DNA of 64,000 bases from an uncultured virus (IMG/VR IMGVR_UViG_3300021425_000028) (taxonomy: Duplodnaviria; Heunggongvirae; Uroviricota; Caudoviricetes): IMG/VR virus record IMGVR_UViG_3300021425_000028. One strand, written 5' to 3'. Positions within the stretch are counted from its first letter, which is position 1. Each line of letters opens with the position of its first letter. Position numbers and translations under genes: made by a program. Of the stretch, positions 1 to 10,683 are shown one piece after another. The notes under the pieces were generated by a model. The model was not told where the DNA came from, did no database searches, and saw nothing but the letters and a program-made list of their open reading frames with translations.

Positions 1-79
1 TGGATATTCCGTATTTAGATATACCAGACCTTGATTAATTGTTAATAACTTCGTTTGTAAGATGAAACAATTATCTTTC

Positions 80-87
80 TAACTTTG
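80..87 (+). promoter_or_regulatory. Bacteroidetes sigma70-type -7 element (TAACTTTG) upstream of the head genes
   Basis: Matches TAnnTTTG about 20 nt before the ATG at 109. Confidence 0.55.
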
Positions 88-108
88 TAAAAATCAAATT
101 TTATTGTA

Positions 109-1353
109 ATGGGATTATTAGACCAATATCAGCAAGCTAAAGAAGAGGAAGAAAAAAATGCTGGCAATGCTGAAGGACCGCAAGGCGGTTCTGAGGAAGG
201 TGGAAGTAAAGGGAATGAAGCAGCTGCAGCAAAAGCAGCGGAATCAGAGGCAGCAGCGGCAGCTGAGAAAGGATTAGGAAAACATGAGTCAGGAAATAGC
301 GCTGATGAAGGAAAAGAAAAAAATAAATCAGCTACAACTTCTGAATCTGAAGCCGAAGCCGCAGAAAAAGCAGTGGCAGCTCAAGCGAAAGCTGATGAAG
401 ATGCTGCTAAGAAAGCTTCCGAAGCAGCTGAAGCACAAAGTAATGAAGCTACTGATAATTATAAGCAAGAACTAGAAATCTACATGTCCGACCCAATTCT
501 GAAGGAACTTTTGGAATTGAAGAAGAAAGGAAAGAGTATTACTAAGGAATTGCTGAGAGAAGGGTTTGAAGATTTTGATTCTGTAGATCTTGAGAATGTA
601 AATATAGCTAAGCATTGGGCTAAAGAAGCTTTGAAGGCATCTGGTTTGTCAGATAGAGAAGCCGAGATTACCTTAAAGAAGCAGTATAAGTATGTTGGTC
701 AATTAGATGACGATCTTACTGAAGACGAAATAGAAGACAAAGAGTACCAAGAGGTACAATTGAAAAGAGCTGCAAGAGAGTTCTTAGGACAAAAAAAGGA
801 AAGCCAATTAAGGCTTCGAGATATTGATACAACATCCACAAACAAGGATGAAGTAGAAAAAGAAATGGCAAAACGAGTTAACGAGTCTATGCAAAAAAAT
901 GCAGACTTGATAAAGAAGATTGCCATGAACGTTACCGAAAAGGTAACAAAGGTTGATTATGAGGCCGTCTACAAAGATGATGATGGTAATGAGGTGAAAG
1001 TGCCTTATGAGGTGGAAATTACCGCAGATATGAAGAAGCAAGCTCGGAAAGAGCTTCAAGACCCTGCTTTTTTTAACTATGCATTAAGTAGCGTAAACAA
1101 AAGCGCTACTCCAGCAGAGCAGGAAGTGCAACTAATGACAAGAGCGGTAGAATTAATGTTCCCTGAACTTAATAATCAATTACGCCTATCCAAAGCGGTG
1201 AATGCTGCTAAAAAGGATTGGTACGACAACGACCTGACACACAGAAGTAAAAACTCGCAGAACAGTTCTTCATCTTTACGCGAAATACCTGACGTAAAAG
1301 GTAAATCAGGATTTGCGAAGAAGTATGCAGAAATGGCTGCAACCCAAAAATAA
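109..1353 (+). CDS. Putative capsid scaffolding protein
   Basis: Highly acidic, Ala/Glu-rich low-complexity N-terminus and helical body, immediately upstream of the MCP candidate. Confidence 0.6.
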   Translation: MGLLDQYQQAKEEEEKNAGNAEGPQGGSEEGGSKGNEAAAAKAAESEAAAAAEKGLGKHESGNSADEGKEKNKSATTSESEAEAAEKAVAAQAKADEDAAKKASEAAEAQSNEATDNYKQELEIYMSDPILKELLELKKKGKSITKELLREGFEDFDSVDLENVNIAKHWAKEALKASGLSDREAEITLKKQYKYVGQLDDDLTEDEIEDKEYQEVQLKRAAREFLGQKKESQLRLRDIDTTSTNKDEVEKEMAKRVNESMQKNADLIKKIAMNVTEKVTKVDYEAVYKDDDGNEVKVPYEVEITADMKKQARKELQDPAFFNYALSSVNKSATPAEQEVQLMTRAVELMFPELNNQLRLSKAVNAAKKDWYDNDLTHRSKNSQNSSSSLREIPDVKGKSGFAKKYAEMAATQK

Positions 1354-1362
1354 TTTTAAAAA

Positions 1363-2790
1363 ATGTCTTTCACACAACAAAACGCCCCAGCAGTTAACAT
1401 TGGGGACTACTCAGGCCTGGAATGGGCAACTGGTAGTGACATAATCAAGTTTCAACTTGATTATAAAGAGGACTTTGACGGGACTCTAAAAGAACGATTC
1501 AAGGATGCTGATTTAGGTGTACTTGACTTTATTGAAACCTATGGTACTGTTACGGGAACGGATTCGTTCACTTACGGACATGCCGAGCAGGATTGGAATA
1601 GGTATATAATCACTGTAGCCGCTGGTTACGGTGTTGGTACAGCTTCAACCACTATGACGGTAGCTGCTGGATTCTTGGCTGATTACCCTGTTTCAGGTGA
1701 ATCAATCTACGCTTCAAGTACAACTAAATATGGCGCGAATGTGCGATATGGTGACAAACTTGAAGGCACTGTGAATGGAACAACTTACTATATGTGGGTT
1801 ACTGCAGCTCCTACACTGGGAGCGTCTACGACATTCACAGTGACATTATACAACACAACAGCTACTGGTGCTGCAACAGTGTTTGCTGCTGGTTTGGAAG
1901 GTGTTGAGATAATGAATACCGGTAACGCAATCACCGAATCAGGTGAAGGTAGCGGAACGGGTGAGACAAAGAAAATTAAGTATGAGAATGCGATTCAGAG
2001 AATGCAGCGTCCTTACACTTATACTAATGCGTCCATTGCTCAAGCAACCGCGTTTGATGGTAAGTTCAAGTTTAACTATATCCGAGGTGTAGTTAACAAC
2101 CGTAATGCATTCTACTCTCTTTGTGAGATTGATTACATGACGAGTAGATTGATCACAAGTGCAAGTATGCCAGAAGAGATCAATATGACTGAAGGTTACA
2201 TTCCTTTCTTGTTATCTTATGCAAATGAGGTGACTTACTCGACTGTGACTAAAGCGAAGTTCAAGGAAACGTCTATTTTGTTGCGTCAGCAACAAGCTCC
2301 AGACAAGTACATGATTATCTGTAACACTGAAAAGATGACAGATATTGATGATATGTTTGGTGGAACTACTGGCCTTACAGCCGGTGGAGTTATCTACGAC
2401 CAAAGCGGAAGTGGAAACAGAGAGATTGATTTCGCGTTCAGAAACTTTACTTACGGTAACGTTATGTATAACGTTCGTTCATTCAAAGTAATGGATGACC
2501 GCCCAACATTGAACTCTGCTAATAGTCAGTACAAGGACTTGTTATTATTCACTCCTCTTGGAACAGCTCAGAACTACGACTTCGGTGGTACGCCAACTGA
2601 TGAAGGCTTCATGGAGTTGAAGTATGTTAATACTCTACCTAACCACGATATGGGATACCGTGAGTTTAAGATTGACGGTTCAGGTGGTGATAATCCAGTG
2701 AACAAGACTGGTAAGAATGAGTGGGTATTCGAAAAGTATTTCGGAGCATCTTTCTCTTTACCAAACTGTCACTTGATTTGGACTAAGTAG
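1363..2790 (+). CDS. Major capsid protein (crAss-like, HK97 fold)
   Basis: 475 aa; N-x-I-Q-R-x-x-R and T-E-G-x-I-P motifs; follows the scaffold-like gene; biased codon use; strong terminator downstream. Confidence 0.75.
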   Translation: MSFTQQNAPAVNIGDYSGLEWATGSDIIKFQLDYKEDFDGTLKERFKDADLGVLDFIETYGTVTGTDSFTYGHAEQDWNRYIITVAAGYGVGTASTTMTVAAGFLADYPVSGESIYASSTTKYGANVRYGDKLEGTVNGTTYYMWVTAAPTLGASTTFTVTLYNTTATGAATVFAAGLEGVEIMNTGNAITESGEGSGTGETKKIKYENAIQRMQRPYTYTNASIAQATAFDGKFKFNYIRGVVNNRNAFYSLCEIDYMTSRLITSASMPEEINMTEGYIPFLLSYANEVTYSTVTKAKFKETSILLRQQQAPDKYMIICNTEKMTDIDDMFGGTTGLTAGGVIYDQSGSGNREIDFAFRNFTYGNVMYNVRSFKVMDDRPTLNSANSQYKDLLLFTPLGTAQNYDFGGTPTDEGFMELKYVNTLPNHDMGYREFKIDGSGGDNPVNKTGKNEWVFEKYFGASFSLPNCHLIWTK

Positions 2791-2810
2791 TAGTGTAAAT
2801 TGAAAACATA

Positions 2811-2840
2811 AAGGGGAGGGATTATACTCCCCTTTTTTTT
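2811..2840 (+). terminator. Intrinsic terminator after MCP
   Basis: AGGGGAG..CTCCCCT stem followed by a T run. Confidence 0.8.
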
Positions 2841-2862
2841 ACTATAATTAAATTGAAATAAA

Positions 2863-3912
2863 ATGAAACATTCAGTGTTATTCTCCCTGATTAGGGACAA
2901 TTCAGGCTCTATGAAAGGGCATAGTGGAAACAAGGCATTCATCCTAGAGGGATGTATGGAAATTGTTGATCCAAGACCAAACAAATCGGGAACATGCTTT
3001 ATCCGATACATACCTAGTGAAAAAAGCATCTTTGTCGATCAGCAGACTACAGATTTTGATTGGAACAAGATTCAATCCGGTGAGCATAAAGTAAATGACA
3101 TCCATTTTAATGATGGGTCAAGACTTTGTGACATGAATCAAGTTAGATTGATTGAGTATCTTAGAGCAGCTAAAAGTAATACTACAAACGCGGTTATTAA
3201 TCGCTATTATGGAAGTACTTACGAAGAGGCTAACTCAAAAGAAAAGAGCAATGACACAGCTATGAGCTGGGAGGCAGAGACTAAGCTTAGAAAGCAACTG
3301 GTAGAGATGCCGGAAGTTAAGCTTAAGGCCATTTATCGTGTAATGAGTAATGGAAACATTAACCAAATCAACGAAATGGAAGTTAGTTCAATCAGACACA
3401 ATCTGAACGTATTAGCGAACAAGGACAAGGCAATGTTTGATATTCTCTATTCAGACAAATTATTAGGCGTTAAATATGACCTATATGAGGCTTTGGATAA
3501 AGGAATCGTAAGTCAGCATCCATCTGACATGAGCATGTTGATGATGAATGATCGAATGGTTAAGACTGCTCCATCTGGGACAAATCCAATTCAGTTCTTT
3601 GCTGAGTGGTTAAACATGGATGGTCAAGACACATTAGAGTTAATTCGTAAAAGAATTGGCCGAGAGAAGTCGAGTACTCCAGATATAGCTACGCCAGAAC
3701 AAGATGCAGCTCGACTTATTGAGTTCATGAAGACTAATGAGCGTGGTGAAGAATTGTTTGTTTCGAAAAGCCCATCAGCAAGAGCATTTGTCTATGAAGA
3801 TGGAAATGAAGTTGCTTTAGGTAATTCGAATAAATTATGGATAAAAACCCTTGTCGAAGATGAAGATCTTAGAAAGGCGGCCATGGATAGATACCAAAAA
3901 TTGAAAGGATAA
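2863..3912 (+). CDS. Conserved phage protein downstream of MCP
   Basis: 349 aa; IRYIPSEKSIFVDQQ motif recalls post-MCP genes of Bacteroidetes podophages. Confidence 0.5.
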   Translation: MKHSVLFSLIRDNSGSMKGHSGNKAFILEGCMEIVDPRPNKSGTCFIRYIPSEKSIFVDQQTTDFDWNKIQSGEHKVNDIHFNDGSRLCDMNQVRLIEYLRAAKSNTTNAVINRYYGSTYEEANSKEKSNDTAMSWEAETKLRKQLVEMPEVKLKAIYRVMSNGNINQINEMEVSSIRHNLNVLANKDKAMFDILYSDKLLGVKYDLYEALDKGIVSQHPSDMSMLMMNDRMVKTAPSGTNPIQFFAEWLNMDGQDTLELIRKRIGREKSSTPDIATPEQDAARLIEFMKTNERGEELFVSKSPSARAFVYEDGNEVALGNSNKLWIKTLVEDEDLRKAAMDRYQKLKG

Positions 3913-3930
3913 GACCTATCTAAACTTAAG

Positions 3931-3963
3931 AAAGCCTCTGCAATTTGTAGAGGCTTTTTTTTT
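3931..3963 (+). terminator. Intrinsic terminator
   Basis: AAAGCCTCTGCA/TGTAGAGGCTTT stem followed by a T run. Confidence 0.85.
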
Positions 3964-4036
3964 GCTGTAGATTCATTTACTGATGTATTGTAAATGCTTA
4001 CAATAGAATAATTATTTTTGTTCTAATAAACTAGTT

Positions 4037-5293
4037 ATGGCAACAAATACAGTTACGAATATTCCTATTGCGGTTACGTTTTACAACCTTACTAACCTAA
4101 ATAAGACTACTTTGCCTAAAGTTATAGGAACGGTAGTTTCAGGTGTTACTTTTCCTTTAAATGGAATTTCAGCAGTAAACGCTAGGTTTTACTTTCAGAT
4201 ATTCGATTTAAACGGAGATGTGGTTTATAAAAATGAGGCTTTTGATAGCATTCCTGATTATACTAATCCTGATGTATTAGGAACAAGCACTACAACGTGG
4301 GTAAATACTGCTCCAAACGCACCTACTGAGGTTGATAACTTAGTTTTAAAAGGCGTATATACATTTACGGTATTGCAAAGAGATGAGTCGCAAGGAGTTA
4401 CAGACTTGTTTACTAGAACAATCGAAGTTGATTTTCAATATGATAGACCAACGGTAACGGTTTCACCAAGTATAAATATCTTTACTCCTAGTTTGGTTTT
4501 AACAGATCAGTCTTCTTACATCGTTACAGATGGATCTACAAACGACCCTGTAACACCGACCATAACAAGAGCGTGGAAATTCTATTATCCACCTCAGCTA
4601 GATTTAACGCCTTTATCGGGATCAAGCGCCACCTTTACTACCTACATATTTTATGAAGGGGATCAAACATGGAAGCTAACCACATCACTCAGGTACACGT
4701 TTAGCACAACTGATTCACAAGACACATTTAGTGTTTTTGATTCTTTAGTTACAAGCGATGTAATTGAAATTCCTGAAAGCTTGTGTGATTTATTTTGCTG
4801 TGCAAGAGCTGTAGAGGCTAGGTTCTGGGCGTCTAGAGGAACAACATCTCAACAAGCTATAGCGCCTCAGTTCTACGGTATAACAGGATATATGTCATTG
4901 ATATGCAATGCGTTATTGTGTGGAAACACAGATAATGTTGCTGATTGGATGACAAGAGCTAAAGAAATAGCAAATTGTAATGATGATTGTGATTGTGGAG
5001 ATGATTCGGGATTGCCAAGGCAAATCACTGGATTCGGAAATCCTACAATTACACAGAAAATAGAAGGTGTTGCAGATGGTTCAACCACTGTATTCCCTAT
5101 TGATGTGGAAGATAAAAATAAATTAGTCAATAAAAGCTGGGCAAACGGAGAGATTCAGTTTTATTTGGATGGAATTTTATTACCTTCTGTTGGCGCAGGA
5201 TCAACATCTTCTTTTAACTCAGCAACAGGAGAGTTCACCTCTTCATATACTCCAGGAAGTGGGGTTTCTTGGACAATTCAAATACTTAAATAA
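4037..5293 (+). CDS. Virion structural protein, beta-rich with a Cys cluster
   Basis: Thr/Ser/Val-rich; CNDDCDCG motif; located in the structural operon. Confidence 0.5.
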   Translation: MATNTVTNIPIAVTFYNLTNLNKTTLPKVIGTVVSGVTFPLNGISAVNARFYFQIFDLNGDVVYKNEAFDSIPDYTNPDVLGTSTTTWVNTAPNAPTEVDNLVLKGVYTFTVLQRDESQGVTDLFTRTIEVDFQYDRPTVTVSPSINIFTPSLVLTDQSSYIVTDGSTNDPVTPTITRAWKFYYPPQLDLTPLSGSSATFTTYIFYEGDQTWKLTTSLRYTFSTTDSQDTFSVFDSLVTSDVIEIPESLCDLFCCARAVEARFWASRGTTSQQAIAPQFYGITGYMSLICNALLCGNTDNVADWMTRAKEIANCNDDCDCGDDSGLPRQITGFGNPTITQKIEGVADGSTTVFPIDVEDKNKLVNKSWANGEIQFYLDGILLPSVGAGSTSSFNSATGEFTSSYTPGSGVSWTIQILK

Positions 5294-6111
5294 TGAAAAA
5301 AATATTTTTATTGCTGTTGGTTATCACAGCTAGTTTATCGTGCATTGCACAAGAAAGAGCAAGAACAATGGCTGGTCAGTATCTTTGGTTAGATACCAAC
5401 TATAGTAAGACGCTTCCAATGATTGATACTTCTTTAGTGAATTATCAGCCGAACATCTTTATGTCTGTAGACTCTGCGGGGTCATCAGTTACGGGGTATT
5501 ATACTCTTACACCAATGACGGTTTCAGACGCAGGGTTAAAGGGTGCAGGAATACTTAATGAGGTGACTATTTTTGGAGGGGTAGACTCGGTATTCTCAGT
5601 TTCAGGGTATAAAATTGATACATTATCAACATCACTTTTGCTTAGAAATGATGCGATAAATGCTAGTCCTAATATAAATATTAGAAACAACGATACTACT
5701 GCTGTTTATAGAAAGGATAGAATAGAATATCTAGCTGGTCTTAACTTTCAAACAATAGAATTTAAAACTGGAGGAGGAGTAGAGGTTAGTTTAGCGGAAG
5801 CATCCCCAAGGCTAATTATTGATCCAAATCAGAACTTATTCTTAAATGAGGCTGACACAAATCTAACTATTCGAGTAGACAGTGGATTTGTTGGTATTAA
5901 GAGCGGTAATCCTCAGTATCCAATAGATATGAGAGCAAAGGGGAATACATTTATGAGGCTAAACTCTCCATCAATAGAAACTGGTGGGGCAAGCACTGCA
6001 ACATTTAGTAACGCACCGGCTGGAGGAAACCCGATATACTACCTAAAAATTGCCATTACAATTAGTGGCGTAACAACAGAAGGTGTTATACCAGTTCTTC
6101 GGTTACCATAA
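5293..6111 (+). CDS. Fiber-like protein with signal-peptide-like N-terminus
   Basis: MKKIFLLLLV..., G-F-V-G-I-x-x-x-N-P fiber-type repeat. Confidence 0.45.
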   Translation: MKKIFLLLLVITASLSCIAQERARTMAGQYLWLDTNYSKTLPMIDTSLVNYQPNIFMSVDSAGSSVTGYYTLTPMTVSDAGLKGAGILNEVTIFGGVDSVFSVSGYKIDTLSTSLLLRNDAINASPNINIRNNDTTAVYRKDRIEYLAGLNFQTIEFKTGGGVEVSLAEASPRLIIDPNQNLFLNEADTNLTIRVDSGFVGIKSGNPQYPIDMRAKGNTFMRLNSPSIETGGASTATFSNAPAGGNPIYYLKIAITISGVTTEGVIPVLRLP

Positions 6112-6123
6112 TCTAAATAAAGA

Positions 6124-6813
6124 GTGAACGTAAATACCATAAAGACATTTTTTGAAGATCTGGCTCGAAAGAACCAGACTACTGGGTATGTTACGGCAAG
6201 TCGGTACAATAGATTAGCGCCTTTCATTCAGACTCAGATCATCAGAGAGCTTCGAAAAGAGAAAGGCCAGGGGTTTTATTCAATCGATTCTTTATCAGAG
6301 CTTAGAGCTGAGAAAACCGTAGTGATCACTGATGGAGTGTTTGCTAAACCGGATGACTACTTATTCTTTGATGAAGGATTCGTGGCAAGTTATGCTAAGA
6401 ACCTAGAGCAAAAATATCAGCAAGACATTAAGCCTTTGGATTTATTGGATACCTCAGAGTTTGCTACTCGGAAGTCTAGCAGATTTGAGCCACCAACAAA
6501 GAGGCGACCAATTGCAAGAGAGCTTGCAGATTCATTTGAGGTATATCCAACTCCATTTAAACTAAACTTGAATTACTTAAAGAATCCACCAGTTCCATTT
6601 TGGAATTTCAGCACTTCAGGAGGGGTTCAAGTATACGCAGCAACAACAGGAGGTTCTTTAACGAATCCTAATGATGGTGGTGCTGGATCAACAGACTTTA
6701 CATTACCCGACTTTCTAATGCCTAACGTTATTTATAGAATGGCTACAGTACTAGGAATAGAGGTGAGACAACAAGATTTACTTCAAGCAGGAATACAATT
6801 ACAAAACTCATAA
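6124..6813 (+). CDS. Putative head-tail ring/tubular protein
   Basis: 229 aa; P-D-D-Y-L and Y-L-K-x-P-x-x-P-x-W motifs typical of podoviral ring proteins. Confidence 0.55.
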   Translation: MNVNTIKTFFEDLARKNQTTGYVTASRYNRLAPFIQTQIIRELRKEKGQGFYSIDSLSELRAEKTVVITDGVFAKPDDYLFFDEGFVASYAKNLEQKYQQDIKPLDLLDTSEFATRKSSRFEPPTKRRPIARELADSFEVYPTPFKLNLNYLKNPPVPFWNFSTSGGVQVYAATTGGSLTNPNDGGAGSTDFTLPDFLMPNVIYRMATVLGIEVRQQDLLQAGIQLQNS

Positions 6814-6816
6814 GAA

Positions 6817-7299
6817 ATGAAAATAGGAAAAACATCTGGCAGATATTACGATAGAGAAGTGATCTCGGTTACTACTCTTACAACAATTCCTTCTCCAGTT
6901 TCTTCTGGGGCAGAAACAATGACGACTGAAGGAATAATATTTACAGTTTCAGACGCGGCTGTTCCAGCTAAAGTTGGTGATTGGATTAATGCTTCTGGAG
7001 AGGTAAGAAAGATTGTAGAAATCATATCTAGCACAGAGGGAAGATTGAATGAAAGTTTCACGTCAGATTTATCTGCAGATACATTCGGCATAATTGATGG
7101 TAATGATTTAGCTAGAATTTGGGCTATAGATTTCAAGCCAATTGGGTCATCGAATACTACGATTGACGGAGTTGATTACTCAGCCTCAGATGCATTAAGA
7201 ATAAGTATACCATCTCCTGATGAGGCAGCTATTCCAAATCAGATAAAGCCTGTGATAATTGATGGCACATGTAAAGTAATTGTACATAGATTGGTATAA
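6817..7299 (+). CDS. Putative structural protein
   Basis: Coupled ORF in the structural operon. Confidence 0.45.
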   Translation: MKIGKTSGRYYDREVISVTTLTTIPSPVSSGAETMTTEGIIFTVSDAAVPAKVGDWINASGEVRKIVEIISSTEGRLNESFTSDLSADTFGIIDGNDLARIWAIDFKPIGSSNTTIDGVDYSASDALRISIPSPDEAAIPNQIKPVIIDGTCKVIVHRLV

Positions 7300-8123
7300 T
7301 GAGTAATGTTGGTATAGTTAAATATGGAATTTTTGGATCTGGTCAAAATATTGGGCGTAAAGGTATTTTAGGGGCAAGTGGTGGCTTTGACCCTAACGCT
7401 GCTGCTTTTTTTGCTGCTAATGAAGCGGCAGGAGGCACTATACCAGCGCTAGTTAAAACAGAATACAATGCTCACGTTACTAGAGGAACTTATACTCGAT
7501 CTGATGTAAAAAGAGAGTTTGTTCCTGTTGGTGGTGCTATTAACGCAGTTAAAATTGATGCAGTATCGTTGACCGATTACACAAATAACAACTTTGTTGA
7601 TGGGGATTGTGATGCAACTTGTGGGCTTCAAGGTGATAACATATCTAAACAATTACTCACAGACGTTAATTTAAGTTCAATTCTTACATCTGTAAACAAA
7701 TCTCAGGGAGGGTATTTTCTTATTGGTTCTCCAGAAAATACAAATGGTGAATATCCTTTTGGGGTTATATCTGGAGGGAATGAGTTTTCGCTGAGATATA
7801 TCACGGGGCAAAACAGAGCTAGTATAGGTGGTACATTAGCTGTTGGAGCTAATATTGCCGCTAATAACTCCGTAATAGCTGCAAGATTTAGTTCAACATT
7901 ACTCTATGCGGTAACAAATGGGGTTGAAAGTCCTGCAAGCACAACGCCATCAACAACAGGTTTGCCAGCATCACCACTTGGACTTTTTAGGGGTCTTGGA
8001 TTTGCTGGCTACGCTAATGAAAAATGGGGCGGTGCATTTCTGTCTGAATTTGATGCACTTGCTGAACTAAAGGCTTATGAAGCATCTTATAAATTATTCT
8101 TAACAAATATCGGAGTAATATGA
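7299..8123 (+). CDS. Putative tail fiber/lectin-like (LamG-type) protein
   Basis: Gly-rich; FDPNAAAFF N-terminal motif; beta-sandwich-like body. Confidence 0.45.
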   Translation: MSNVGIVKYGIFGSGQNIGRKGILGASGGFDPNAAAFFAANEAAGGTIPALVKTEYNAHVTRGTYTRSDVKREFVPVGGAINAVKIDAVSLTDYTNNNFVDGDCDATCGLQGDNISKQLLTDVNLSSILTSVNKSQGGYFLIGSPENTNGEYPFGVISGGNEFSLRYITGQNRASIGGTLAVGANIAANNSVIAARFSSTLLYAVTNGVESPASTTPSTTGLPASPLGLFRGLGFAGYANEKWGGAFLSEFDALAELKAYEASYKLFLTNIGVI

Positions 8124-8326
8124 CACAAGTAATAGTTATACCAAGTCCACTAAACGAACAAGTTGATGTCGTTGATGACAATGGTAATCGAATAACAGGA
8201 ACAAAACTTTCAATTCCAGCTAATTCATTTGCTTACAACTTAGACAAAACCGAACACATTAAAAGTGTTTTAGGTGTTGATGGTTTAAGCCAATACCTAA
8301 TGGAAGTATCAGAAATAATAATGTGA
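8120..8326 (+). CDS. Hypothetical protein
   Basis: ATGA overlap with the upstream gene. Confidence 0.5.
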   Translation: MTQVIVIPSPLNEQVDVVDDNGNRITGTKLSIPANSFAYNLDKTEHIKSVLGVDGLSQYLMEVSEIIM

Positions 8327-8330
8327 AGCG

Positions 8331-8477
8331 ATGAACAAATACCTTAGATACTCGGCTTACGGAACGGCATTATTAATTGCTATAATTGGAGCAGTAATGC
8401 TTTTTCAAGGAGATATATATGGAATATTTGCCTTAGCCACCTCAGCATTATTTGCATTTGTAATTTACAAGCAGTGA
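8331..8477 (+). CDS. Small two-TM membrane protein (not in ORF track)
   Basis: 48-aa hydrophobic ORF MNKYLRYSAYGTALLIAIIGAVMLF..., fills the gap and overlaps the next start. Confidence 0.5.
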   Translation: MNKYLRYSAYGTALLIAIIGAVMLFQGDIYGIFALATSALFAFVIYKQ

Positions 8478-8917
8478 TAGGATTTCTATGTTTCATATTG
8501 ATTGGGTTCTTTAAAGGACTTGCCGACTTATCTGCTGAAGGAAGGATATTCCCCAAGGCAGAATCTTCGAAGAATAAGTGGAAGCTTGATGAGAAAGGTA
8601 ATACTATTCCTGAAGGCCGATCTTATTGGTATTATGCTTGGGTTTATATTCCTGAACACAAAGAGAGAAGACCGCTATCAAGCACATGGTTAGTTTGGAC
8701 AACAGACTTTTGGCATAGAACACAAACAGCAAGATTTATATCAACAGTAGGTGCGGTAATAGGTTATACTGAAGTAGTTTTTCATCCAGTGATTGATCTG
8801 TGTATTTTTCCATTGTGCTATGTCGCTGGTTTTACCCCAGTGTATGAAGTGGTTAAGAGAAATCTATTTAATTTTACCACAATCCTAAATAAAAAAAAAC
8901 CTGAAAATAATGTCTGA
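8474..8917 (+). CDS. Membrane protein
   Basis: Hydrophobic segments; S-K-N-K-W-K and T-D-F-W-H motifs. Confidence 0.55.
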   Translation: MIGFLCFILIGFFKGLADLSAEGRIFPKAESSKNKWKLDEKGNTIPEGRSYWYYAWVYIPEHKERRPLSSTWLVWTTDFWHRTQTARFISTVGAVIGYTEVVFHPVIDLCIFPLCYVAGFTPVYEVVKRNLFNFTTILNKKKPENNV

Positions 8918-9272
8918 AAAAGAGGTAGTAGTTACAAGAGAAATGGTTAAGGCAATTGTGAAAGACGCAATCACTAAGATTGCTTTATGGTCAATACTTG
9001 CGGTTGCTGCAACTGTTTTATCTGGCGCTGTATGGGTTGGGGTGATAAGTTCCGATGTAGAAGACTTAAAGGACTACAAAGAAAAAACAGCGCCTACCAT
9101 TAATGAAAATGCGGCTACGCTTAGAGAAATTGCTATTGATTTAAAATACATAAGAAAGCAAGTAGAGGTTAATGGGTACTCTTTTCAGAAGATAGCCAAT
9201 GATTTTGACTTATACAAAGATGCTCAATCAAAAGAAATTCAGGAGTTCTATAGGAAGAACCCTAATCTGTAA
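8910..9272 (+). CDS. Single-TM coiled-coil protein, lysis-associated candidate
   Basis: One TM segment plus coiled coil, upstream of the lysin candidate. Confidence 0.45.
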   Translation: MSEKEVVVTREMVKAIVKDAITKIALWSILAVAATVLSGAVWVGVISSDVEDLKDYKEKTAPTINENAATLREIAIDLKYIRKQVEVNGYSFQKIANDFDLYKDAQSKEIQEFYRKNPNL

Positions 9273-9280
9273 AAAAAATC

Positions 9281-9883
9281 ATGGAAACAATCGCATTATT
9301 ATTGAAAGTCGTAGAGTTTTTAAAAAGTAAATTCTTTTTATACCTATCGATCATTGCTCTCATCCTGATTATCATTTTCTTTTGGAGATCCAATCAAAAA
9401 ATGAAAGCTGACTTTGAGATGGTTTCAAACTCTACTCAGAACTATTTAGAGGATAAGAAGAATGAGTTGATGTTAAAGGTTACGGACAGAGATATGAAGC
9501 TTCATCTCCAGGAAGAAAAGATCGATAGTTTATTGACTGCTGTTGACGTAAAGCCAAAGCAAGTTATCCGGTACAAGTACATTAACTTAGATCGCACAAT
9601 ACACGATACTTTGTTCCTACATGAATTAATCGAGTTAGGAGACTATAAGCAGAAATTTATATTTCAAGAGCCTTGTTTTACAGCCGAAGTGGACTTATCA
9701 GGCGCTCACCCAAGTATAAAGGCAGATATTATCACTAGCCTATATGACATTAATTACAAAGAAAGACGTAATTTGTGGGGCGTTAAATGGTTTCCGAAAT
9801 GGGGTAAAACTCAGATTAGACAAACCTTAATAAGTGACTGTGGAGACACGATTAGAGAAAACTACCTAATTACAACAGAATGA
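9281..9883 (+). CDS. Putative i-spanin-like protein
   Basis: N-terminal TM, coiled coil and periplasmic domain, in the lysis cluster. Confidence 0.45.
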   Translation: METIALLLKVVEFLKSKFFLYLSIIALILIIIFFWRSNQKMKADFEMVSNSTQNYLEDKKNELMLKVTDRDMKLHLQEEKIDSLLTAVDVKPKQVIRYKYINLDRTIHDTLFLHELIELGDYKQKFIFQEPCFTAEVDLSGAHPSIKADIITSLYDINYKERRNLWGVKWFPKWGKTQIRQTLISDCGDTIRENYLITTE

Positions 9884-10188
9884 CTAACGAAATATACTTT
9901 ACAATGACTCTAGGTGTATCTCTAATAGAGCTAGGACACCTTAAATACAAGAAATACCCAACGGTTAGAGCGTGGTTTATTGAGCGATGGGATAATCTTT
10001 CCTTTTCATTAGTTGGAGGTGTAGCGTTATGTTATATTTTCCCAGAGGTATCTACTCTTGGAATTGTGAAGAGTGTGGTTGATATTCATGGCTATCCGTC
10101 TTTGGGTGGTATTATTATTGGATTGACATCTACGCCATTAATCAATTTCATTAAGTCTAAGACTAAAGGTAAGTTGAAAAACTTATGA
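9880..10188 (+). CDS. Putative holin
   Basis: 102 aa, 2-3 TM segments, basic C-terminus, directly before the lysin candidate. Confidence 0.55.
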   Translation: MTNEIYFTMTLGVSLIELGHLKYKKYPTVRAWFIERWDNLSFSLVGGVALCYIFPEVSTLGIVKSVVDIHGYPSLGGIIIGLTSTPLINFIKSKTKGKLKNL

Positions 10189-10682
10189 GAACCTACCTCG
10201 ACAGACCGGATAAAGAAAATGACCACGTTATTTGCGAGGTTATCAGAAACAAGTACACTGATGACACCACAATAGGTCGTTGGTTTTTTCCAGATAAGGA
10301 AGACTATTGCTATACCTTAGAGGACACTGTTCGTGCTGAAGGGATAAAAGTTAATGGCAATACTGCATTAGCTGCAGGGTACTACAAAATGTCTACGCGC
10401 TACTCTCCAATGCTTAAAAGGGATGTTGCGGTAATCTATACCGAAGACGATAAGATAACGGCTAAGAATGGAGGTATTAGCTTCAAATATGCTTTAGCTC
10501 ATGCTGGGGCAACCCACAAAAACACTGCCGGTTGCATTTTGGTAAGTGATGAGTATGATAACGATGAGCGAATTGCGCCTACTAGAGATCAAGAGCAAGA
10601 GATTAAGGATAGGATTAAGAAGTGGGAGTCAGAAGGAAAAGAGGTTTGGCTGCATATTATCAATAAGCCTCAAGCTGGGTAG
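10185..10682 (+). CDS. DUF5675-family putative endolysin (transpeptidase-like fold)
   Basis: T-I-G, C-Y-T-L-E-D, G-x-T-A and H-A-G-x-T-x-x-N-T-x-G-C-I-L-V motifs. Confidence 0.7.
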   Translation: MRTYLDRPDKENDHVICEVIRNKYTDDTTIGRWFFPDKEDYCYTLEDTVRAEGIKVNGNTALAAGYYKMSTRYSPMLKRDVAVIYTEDDKITAKNGGISFKYALAHAGATHKNTAGCILVSDEYDNDERIAPTRDQEQEIKDRIKKWESEGKEVWLHIINKPQAG

Positions 10683-10683
10683 T

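Noticed and set aside
200..450. GCAGCA/GAAGCT repeats as a DNA repeat array
   Set aside because: Explained by Ala/Glu-rich coding sequence; the same applies to 40480-40640 and 25900-26220.
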